From positions 9,866,954 to 9,930,953 of the forward strand of contig CM120644.1 in the NCBI GenBank assembly GCA_051362555.1: a stretch of 64,000 nt of DNA. Direction: 5' to 3'. How positions within the stretch are numbered: position 1 is the stretch's first letter; each line of letters opens with the position of its first letter. This document shows, piece after piece, positions 53,994 to 64,000 of this stretch. A model generated the notes under the pieces. That model was not told the origin of the DNA and did no database searches. It saw only the letters and a list, made by a program, of their open reading frames with translations. Both the position numbers and the translations under genes were made by a program. The stretch comes from Lingula anatina. Lineage: Eukaryota > Animalia > Brachiopoda.

Positions 53994-54035
<42 letters not shown>

Positions 54036-57000
54036 TTGTTGTTTTCCACCTAGTTTACGTTTGACTTCACCTCTAACGTTCTAGGGCACGGTGAGAGCCA
54101 AAGCGGTTCAAGCCTTGGCGGTTTTAGATTTGAGTAGTCTTTACCATTTCAAAGGACGGCTGTTGCCCTGGGCTCTACATGACCACATGAACAGTCTTGA
54201 TAAGCAGGACCCAAGAGGTACGGCATAAAATACAAAAATTGTGATAAGGTAAACCAATCGCGGCGACGAAATGAATAAAGAATTTCCGATATTTAATGCA
54301 AAACACTCCGTACGTACGAGTTTCCTCTTATAGTGAACAAGCGCAATTTTCCAAAAATTACTTTTAGGTAAAAAGAATCCACCACTCGTCCTCTTAGGAT
54401 TCGAACCCGTGTACAAGTACACCATTGTGTCTAAATCACCGCAGTTACCACGGAGCCACGGAACCTTCGTTATCAACGTATGATCAAATGGTGACTTTCT
54501 ACCGTGTCACACAGAGTGTCAGTCTGGCTGGACATGTGAACATCTGCAATTGCAAACGAAAGCCCGAGTGCCGTTCGTATTGTATATTTCAGCGCAACCA
54601 ACGCCAGACCCCGAACATAGTTCCTGACGTACACGAGGCCCAGATTAAGAAACCAACACGGAGCTTTGCTAGGCAAATTACTTCTTATTACTTGGAATTT
54701 GTTGCATGTTGAGATTTAGTTTGCCTTCAACTATGACGCTAAACAGTACCATGGGACGGTTCAAGTATTCGCGTCACCATTAAATGAGGGAATCGCTGAA
54801 AAATGTTTTCAATTTCTCTATGCTGGTGTGCTTTCCATCCAAGCAATTGCGGCGATGCGACTTTTGAGAAAAACATATTTGGAAAATAATTCCTCCAAGA
54901 AGATTCCATTTTTTAAGCTGAACGTGGTTTAAAGGTGGCAGGAAGCGGTGCTTTACTGGGAAAGTTAACGAATCAATTCAAGTTTGGTCACTTTGATTGA
55001 TAAGCCTGCCCAAAACGTTTCCAGTTAGACAATTTCAGATGCTTTTTTTTTTTTTTTTTTTTTTTTTTTTGTTGTTTTCCACCTAGTTTACGTTTGACTT
55101 CACCTCTAACGTTCTAGGGCACGGTGAGAGCCAAAGCGGTTCAAGCCTTGGCGGTTTTAGATTTGAGTAGTCTTTACCATTTCAAAGGGCGGCTGTTGCC
55201 CTGGGCTCTACATGACCACATGAACAGTCTTGATAAGCAGGACCCAAGAGGTACGGCATAAAATACAAAAATTGTGATAAGGTAAACCAATCGCGGCGAC
55301 GAAATGAATAAAGAATTTCCGATATTTAATGCAAAACACTCCGTACGTACGAGTTTCCTCTTATAGTGAACAAGCGCAATTTTCCAAAAATTACTTTTAG
55401 GTAAAAAGAATCCACCACTCGTCCTCTTAGGATTCGAACCCGTGTACAAGTACACCATTGTGTCTAAATCACCGCAGTTACCACGGAGCCACGGAACCTT
55501 CGTTATCAACGTATGATCAAATGGTGACTTTCTACCGTGTCACACAGAGTGTCAGTCTGGCTGGACATGTGAACATCTGCAATTGCAAACGAAAGCCCGA
55601 GTGCCGTTCGTATTGTATATTTCAGCGCAACCAACGCCAGACCCCGAACATAGGCTTAACGTCAACGTAGAAGTTCCTGACGTACACGAGGCCCAGATTA
55701 AGAAACCAACACGGAGCTTTGCTAGGCAAATTACTTCTTATTACTTGGAATTTGTTGCATGTTGAGATTTAGTTTGCCTTCAACTATGACGCTAAACAGT
55801 ACCATGGGACGGTTCCAGTATTCGCGTCACCATTAAATGAGGGAATCGCTGAAAAATGTTTTCAATTTCTCTATGCTGGTGTGCTTTCCATCCAAGCAAT
55901 TGCGGCGATGCAACTTTTGAGAAAAACATATTTGGAAAATAATTCCGCCAAGAAGATTCCATTTTTTAAGCTGAACGTGGTTTAAAGGTGGCAGGAAGCG
56001 GTGCTTTACTGGGAAAGTTAACGAATCAATTCAAGTTTGGTCACTTTGATTGATAAGCCTGCCCAAAACGTTTCCAGTTAGACAATTTCAGATGCTTTTT
56101 TTTTTTTTTTTTTTTTTTTCCACCTAGTTTACGTTTGACTTCACCTCTAACGTTCTAGGGCACGGTGAGAGCCAAAGCGGTTCAAGCCTTGGCGGTTTTA
56201 GATTTGAGTAGTCTTTACCATTTCAAAGGGCGGCTGTTGCCCTGGGCTCTACATGACCACATGAACAGTCTTGATAAGCAGGACCCAAGAGGTACGGCAT
56301 AAAATACAAAAATTGTGATAAGGTAAACCAATCGCGGCGACGAAATGAATAAAGAATTTCCGATATTTAATGCAAAACACTCCGTACGTACGAGTTTCCT
56401 CTTATAGTGAACAAGCGCAATTTTACAAAAATTACTTTTAGGTAAAAAGAATCCACCACTCGTCCTCTTAGGATTCGAACCCGTGTACAAGTACACCATT
56501 GTGTCTAAATCACCGCAGTTACCACGGAGCCACGGAACCTTCGTTATCAACGTATGATCAAATGCTGACTTTCTACCGTGTCACACAGAGTGTCAGTCTG
56601 GCTGGACATGTGAACATCTGCAATTGCAAACGAAAGCCCGAGTGCCGTTCGTATTGTATATTTCAGCGCAACCAACGCCAGACCCCGAACATAGGCTTAA
56701 CGTCAACGTAGAAGTTCCTGACGTACACGAGGCCCAGATTAAGAAACCAACACGGAGCTTTGCTAGGCAAATTACTTCTTATTACTTGGAATTTGTTGCA
56801 TGTTGAGATTTAGTTTGCCTTCAACTATGACGCTAAACAGTACCATGGGACGGTTCAAGTATTCGCGTCACCATTAAATGAGGGAATCGCTGAAAAATGT
56901 TTTCAATTTCTCTATGCTGGTGTGCTTTCCATCCAAGCAATTGCGGCGATGCGACTTTTGAGAAAAACATATTTGGAAAATAATTCCGCCAAGAAGATTC

Positions 57001-57135
57001 CATTTTTTAAGCTGAACGTGGTTTAAAGGTGGCAGGAAGCGGTGCTTTACTGGGAAAGTTAACGAATCAATTCAAGTTTGGTCACTTTGATTGATAAGCC
57101 TGCCCAAAACGTTTCCAGTTAGACAATTTCAGATG

Positions 57136-57172
<37 letters not shown>

Positions 57173-59221
57173 TTGTTGTTGTTTTCCACCTAGTTTACGT
57201 TTGACTTCACCTCTAACGTTCTAGGGCACGGTGAGAGCCAAAGCGGTTCAAGCCTTGGCGGTTTTAGATTTGAGTAGTCTTTACCATTTCAAAGGGCGGC
57301 TGTTGCCCTGGGCTCTACATGACCACATGAACAGTCTTGATAAGCAGGACCCAAGAGGTACGGCATAAAATACAAAAATTGTGATAAGGTAAACCAATCG
57401 CGGCGACGAAATGAATAAAGAATTTCCGATATTTAATGCAAAACACACCGTACGTACGAGTTTCCTCTTATAGTGAACAAGCGCAATTTTCCAAAAATTA
57501 CTTTTAGGTAAAAAGAATCCCCCACTCGTCCTCTTAGGATTCGAACCCGTGTACAAGTACACCATTGTGTCTAAATCACCGCAGTTACCACGGAGCCACG
57601 GAACCTTCGTTATCAACGTATGATCAAATGCTGACTTTCTACCGTGTCACACAGAGTGTCAGTCTGGCTGGACATGTGAACATCTGCAATTGCAAACGAA
57701 AGCCCGAGTGCCGTTCGTATTGTATATTTCAGCGCAACCAACGCCAGACCCCGAACATAGGCTTAACGTCAACGTAGAAGTTCCTGACGTACACGAGGCC
57801 CAGATTAAGAAACCAACACGGAGCTTTGCTAGGCAAATTACTTCTTATTACTTGGAATTTGTTGCATGTTGAGATTTAGTTTGCCTTCAACTATGACGCT
57901 AAACAGTACCATGGGACGGTTCAAGTATTCGCGTCACCATTAAATGAGGGAATCGCTGAAAAATGTTTTCAATTTCTCTATGCTGGTGTGCTTTCCATCC
58001 AAGCAATTGCGGCGATGCGACTTTTGAGAAAAACATATTTGGAAAATAATTTCGCCAAGAAGATTCCATTTTTTAAGCTGAACGTGGTTTAAAGGTGGCA
58101 GGAAGCGGTGCTTTACTGGGAAAGTTAACGAATCAATTCAAGTTTGGTCACTTTGATTGATAAGCCTGCCCAAAACGTTTCCAGTTAGACAATTTCAGAT
58201 GCTTTTTTTTTTTTTTTTTTGTTTTCCACCTAGTTTACGTTTGACTTCACCTCTAACGTTCTAGGGCACGGTGAGAGCCAAAGCGGTTCAAGCCTTGGCG
58301 GTTTTAGATTTGAGTAGTCTTTACCATTTCAAAGGGCGGCTGTTGCCCTGGGCTCTACATGACCACATGAACAGTCTTGATAAGCAGGACCCAAGAGGTA
58401 CGGCATAAAATACAAAAATTGTGATAAGGTAAACCAATCGCGGCGACGAAATGAATAAAGAATTTCCGATATTTAATGCAAAACACTCCGTACGTACGAG
58501 TTTCCTCTTATAGTGAACAAGCGCAATTTTCCAAAAATTACTTTTAGGTAAAAAGAATCCACCACTCGTCCTCTTAGGATTCGAACCCGTGTACAAGTAC
58601 ACCATTGTGTCTAAATCACCGCAGTTACCACGGAGCCACGGAACCTTCGTTATCAACGTATGATCAAATGGTGACTTTCTACCGTGTCACACAGAGTGTC
58701 AGTCTGGCTGGACATGTGAACATCTGCAATTGCAAACGAAAGCCCGAGTGCCGTTCGTATTGTATATTTCAGCGCAACCAACGCCAGACCCCGAACATAG
58801 TTCCTGACGTACACGAGGCCCAGATTAAGAAACCAACACGGAGCTTTGCTAGGCAAATTACTTCTTATTACTTGGAATTTGTTGCATGTTGAGATTTAGT
58901 TTGCCTTCAACTATGACGCTAAACAGTACCATGGGACGGTTCAAGTATTCGCGTCACCATTAAATGAGGGAATCGCTGAAAAATGTTTTCAATTTCTCTA
59001 TGCTGGTGTGCTTTCCATCCAAGCAATTGCGGCGATGCGACTTTTGAGAAAAACATATTTGGAAAATAATTCCTCCAAGAAGATTCCATTTTTTAAGCTG
59101 AACGTGGTTTAAAGGTGGCAGGAAGCGGTGCTTTACTGGGAAAGTTAACGAATCAATTCAAGTTTGGTCACTTTGATTGATAAGCCTGCCCAAAACGTTT
59201 CCAGTTAGACAATTTCAGATG

Positions 59222-59262
<41 letters not shown>

Positions 59263-60268
59263 TTGTTGTTTTCCACCTAGTTTACGTTTGACTTCACCTC
59301 TAACGTTCTAGGGCACGGTGAGAGCCAAAGCGGTTCAAGCCTTGGCGGTTTTAGATTTGAGTAGTCTTTACCATTTCAAAGGGCGGCTGTTGCCCTGGGC
59401 TCTACATGACCACATGAACAGTCTTGATAAGCAGGACCCAAGAGGTACGGCATAAAATACAAAAATTGTGATAAGGTAAACCAATCGCGGCGACGAAATG
59501 AATAAAGAATTTCCGATATTTAATGCAAAACACTCCGTACGTACGAGTTTCCTCTTATAGTGAACAAGCGCAATTTTCCAAAAATTACTTTTAGGTAAAA
59601 AGAATCCACCACTCGTCCTCTTAGGATTCGAACCCGTGTACAAGTACACCATTGTGTCTAAATCACCGCAGTTACCACGGAGCCACGGAACCTTCGTTAT
59701 CAACGTATGATCAAATGGTGACTTTCTACCGTGTCACACAGAGTGTCAGTCTGGCTGGACATGTGAACATCTGCAATTGCAAACGAAAGCCCGAGTGCCG
59801 TTCGTATTGTATATTTCAGCGCAACCAACGCCAGACCCCGAACATAGTTCCTGACGTACACGAGGCCCAGATTAAGAAACCAACACGGAGCTTTGCTAGG
59901 CAAATTACTTCTTATTACTTGGAATTTGTTGCATGTTGAGATTTAGTTTGCCTTCAACTATGACGCTAAACAGTACCATGGGACGGTTCAAGTATTCGCG
60001 TCACCATTAAATGAGGGAATCGCTGAAAAATGTTTTCAATTTCTCTATGCTGGTGTGCTTTCCATCCAAGCAATTGCGGCGATGCGACTTTTGAGAAAAA
60101 CATATTTGGAAAATAATTCCTCCAAGAAGATTCCATTTTTTAAGCTGAACGTGGTTTAAAGGTGGCAGGAAGCGGTGCTTTACTGGGAAAGTTAACGAAT
60201 CAATTCAAGTTTGGTCACTTTGATTGATAAGCCTGCCCAAAACGTTTCCAGTTAGACAATTTCAGATG

Positions 60269-60301
<33 letters not shown>

Positions 60302-62376
60302 TTGTTTTCCACCTAGTTTACGTTTGACTTCACCTCTAACGTTCTAGGGCACGGTGAGAGCCAAAGCGGTTCAAGCCTTGGCGGTTTTAGATTTGAGTAG
60401 TCTTTACCATTTCAAAGGGCGGCTGTTGCCCTGGGCTCTACATGACCACATGAACAGTCTTGATAAGCAGGACCCAAGAGGTACGGCATAAAATACAAAA
60501 ATTGTGATAAGGTAAACCAATCGCGGCGACGAAATGAATAAAGAATTTCCGATATTTAATGCAAAACACTCCGTACGTACGAGTTTCCTCTTATAGTGAA
60601 CAAGCGCAATTTTCCAAAAATTACTTTTAGGTAAAAAGAATCCACCACTCGTCCTCTTAGGATTCGAACCCGTGTACAAGTACACCATTGTGTCTAAATC
60701 ACCGCAGTTACCACGGAGCCACGGAACCTTCGTTATCAACGTATGATCAAATGGTGACTTTCTACCGTGTCACACAGAGTGTCAGTCTGGCTGGACATGT
60801 GAACATCTGCAATTGCAAACGAAAGCCCGAGTGCCGTTCGTATTGTATATTTCAGCGCAACCAACGCCAGACCCCGAACATAGGCTTAACGTCAACGTAG
60901 AAGTTCCTGACGTACACGAGGCCCAGATTAAGAAACCAACACGGAGCTTTGCTAGGCAAATTACTTCTTATTACTTGGAATTTGTTGCATGTTGAGATTT
61001 AGTTTGCCTTCAACTATGACGCTAAACAGTACCATGGGACGGTTCCAGTATTCGCGTCACCATTAAATGAGGGAATCGCTGAAAAATGTTTTCAATTTCT
61101 CTATGCTGGTGTGCTTTCCATCCAAGCAATTGCGGCGATGCAACTTTTGAGAAAAACATATTTGGAAAATAATTCCGCCAAGAAGATTCCATTTTTTAAG
61201 CTGAACGTGGTTTAAAGGTGGCAGGAAGCGGTGCTTTACTGGGAAAGTTAACGAATCAATTCAAGTTTGGTCACTTTGATTGATAAGCCTGCCCAAAACG
61301 TTTCCAGTTAGACAATTTCAGATGCTTTTTTTTTTTTTTTTTTTTTTTTTTTGTTGTTTTCCACCTAGTTTACGTTTGACTTCACCTCTAACGTTCTAGG
61401 GCACGGTGAGAGCCAAAGCGGTTCAAGCCTTGGCGGTTTTAGATTTGAGTAGTCTTTACCATTTCAAAGGGCGGCTGTTGCCCTGGGCTCTACATGACCA
61501 CATGAACAGTCTTGATAAGCAGGACCCAAGAGGTACGGCATAAAATACAAAAATTGTGATAAGGTAAACCAATCGCGGCGACGAAATGAATAAAGAATTT
61601 CCGATATTTAATGCAAAACACTCCGTACGTACGAGTTTCCTCTTATAGTGAACAAGCGCAATTTTCCAAAAATTACTTTTAGGTAAAAAGAATCCACCAC
61701 TCGTCCTCTTAGGATTCGAACCCGTGTACAAGTACACCATTGTGTCTAAATCACCGCAGTTACCACGGAGCCACGGAACCTTCGTTATCAACGTATGATC
61801 AAATGGTGACTTTCTACCGTGTCACACAGAGTGTCAGTCTGGCTGGACATGTGAACATCTGCAATTGCAAACGAAAGCCCGAGTGCCGTTCGTATTGTAT
61901 ATTTCAGCGCAACCAACGCCAGACCCCGAACATAGGCTTAACGTCAACGTAGAAGTTCCTGACGTACACGAGGCCCAGATTAAGAAACCAACACGGAGCT
62001 TTGCTAGGCAAATTACTTCTTATTACTTGGAATTTGTTGCATGTTGAGATTTAGTTTGCCTTCAACTATGACGCTAAACAGTACCATGGGACGGTTCAAG
62101 TATTCGCGTCACCATTAAATGAGGGAATCGCTGAAAAATGTTTTCAATTTCTCTATGCTGGTGTGCTTTCCATCCAAGCAATTGCGGCGATGCAACTTTT
62201 GAGAAAAACATATTTGGAAAATAATTCCGCCAAGAAGATTCCATTTTTTAAGCTGAACGTGGTTTAAAGGTGGCAGGAAGCGGTGCTTTACTGGGAAAGT
62301 TAACGAATCAATTCAAGTTTGGTCACTTTGATTGATAAGCCTGCCCAAAACGTTTCCAGTTAGACAATTTCAGATG

Positions 62377-62419
<43 letters not shown>

Positions 62420-64000
62420 TTTTCCACCTAGTTTACGTTTGACTTCACCTCTAACGTTCTAGGGCACGGTGAGAGCCAAAGCGGTTCAAGCCTTGGCGGT
62501 TTTAGATTTGAGTAGTCTTTACCATTTCAAAGGGCGGCTGTTGCCCTGGGCTCTACATGACCACATGAACAGGCTTGATAAGCAGGACCCAAGAGGTACG
62601 GCATAAAATACAAAAATTGTGATAAGGTAAACCAATCGCGGCGACGAAATGAATAAAGAATTTCCGATATTTAATGCAAAACACTCCGTACGTACGAGTT
62701 TCCTCTTATAGTGAACAAGCGCAATTTTCCAAAAATTACTTTTAGGTAAAAAGAATCCACCACTCGTCCTCTTAGGATTCGAACCCGTGTACAAGTACAC
62801 CATTGTGTCTAAATCACCGCAGTTACCACGGAGCCACGGAACCTTCGTTATCAACGTATGATCAAATGGTGACTTTCTACCGTGTCACACAGAGTGTCAG
62901 TCTGGCTGGACATGTGAACATCTGCAATTGCAAACGAAAGCCCGAGTGCCGTTCGTATTGTATATTTCAGCGCAACCAACGCCAGACCCCGAACATAGGC
63001 TTAACGTCAACGTAGAAGTTCCTGACGTACACGAGGCCCAGATTAAGAAACCAACACGGAGCTTTGCTAGGCAAATTACTTCTTATTACTTGGAATTTGT
63101 TGCATGTTGAGATTTAGTTTGCCTTCAACTATGACGCTAAACAGTACCATGGGACGGTTCAAGTATTCGCGTCACCATTAAATGAGGGAATCGCTGAAAA
63201 ATGTTTTCAATTTCTCTATGCTGGTGTGCTTTCCATCCAAGCAATTGCGGCGATGCGACTTTTGAGAAAAACATATTTGGAAAATAATTCCTCCAAGAAG
63301 ATTCCATTTTTTAAGCTGAACGTGGTTTAAAGGTGGCAGGAAGCGGTGCTTTACTGGGAAAGTTAACGAATCAATTCAAGTTTGGTCACTTTGATTGATA
63401 AGCCTGCCCAAAACGTTTCCAGTTAGACAATTTCAGATGCTTTTTTTTTTTTTTTTTTTTTTTTTTCCACCTAGTTTACGTTTGACTTCACCTCTAACGT
63501 TCTAGGGCACGGTGAGAGCCAAAGCGGTTCAAGCCTTGGCGGTTTTAGATTTGAGTAGTCTTTACCATTTCAAAGGGCGGCTGTTGCCCTGGGCTCTACA
63601 TGACCACATGAACAGTCTTGATAAGCAGGACCCAAGAGGTACGGCATAAAATACAAAAATTGTGATAAGGTAAACCAATCGCGGCGACGAAATGAATAAA
63701 GAATTTCGGATATTTAATGCAAAAGGTAAATTTGCCGGGACTTTCGAGGGGCTGCACTCGTTTTCCCTGACTGGCCGTTTCTCTGGCCAGCTGGTTGTTG
63801 TGTTGAAGTGACATGTCTCATCCGGGACTCGAACTCGTGACCTTGCGTTACCATGGTTGGCGATTGCTTTGCATGTTTTTTTTACATCCTTGCACGCTAC
63901 CGATTGCGCCGTGAGAGACCCGCCCACCCTCCGTACGTACGAGTTTCCTCTTATAGTGAACAAGCGCAATTTTCCAAAAATTACTTTTAGGTAAAAAGCA

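Larger units (their letters stand above)
40028..64000. repeat. Homogeneous tandem array, ~22 units of 1.02-1.24 kb, continuing beyond the window
   Basis: A fixed marker recurs at 41031, 42071, 43114, 44354, 45593, 46835, 47858, 49099, 50222, 51289, 52338, 53377, 54425, 55458, 56499, 57565, 58605, 59652, 60688, 61740 and 62803. Length variation comes from a ~200-bp module, a 20-bp indel and a poly(T) tract. Confidence 0.98.

Noticed and set aside
40580-63969. Recurrent 60-136 aa ORFs in the array (MCLNHRSY..., MITKVPWL..., MSLQHNNQ..., MQTKARVP...)
   Set aside because: They mostly have non-ATG starts, overlap on both strands, change frame with unit indels and show no recognisable domain. They recur only because the DNA is repeated.
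40028-64000. CRISPR-like or prokaryotic repeat system
   Set aside because: The context is eukaryotic and intron-rich, the units are ~1 kb and near-identical with no unique spacers, and there are no cas genes.

Overview
Eukaryotic, AT-rich, intron-containing animal DNA; the repeat types suggest a marine invertebrate, probably a mollusc (inference). The first ~36 kb holds a FN3-domain single-pass membrane protein gene (+), the first coding exon of a C7orf25/UPF0415 homologue (-), a 2-exon alkaline ceramidase (+), an 11-exon, enlarged BBS12 (-) and a 13-exon DCTN2 (-). Several MITEs and Helentron/HINE-like elements lie among them. A 3.7-kb non-coding element with ~150-165 bp TGT...ACA inverted termini (36331-40027) interrupts the first, degenerate unit of a homogeneous tandem array (unit 1.02-1.24 kb) that runs past the window end. 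Every complete unit carries a 99-nt minus-strand RNA polymerase III-type gene (A-box, B-box, T5 terminator, 5'/3' panhandle) with vault-RNA-like architecture (21 complete copies). Seven units also carry a ~208-nt TATA/A-box/B-box tRNA-derived gene that is cleanly absent from the others. This two-module Pol III ncRNA array is the main candidate for an undescribed system. All structures were derived by eye, with no database searches.
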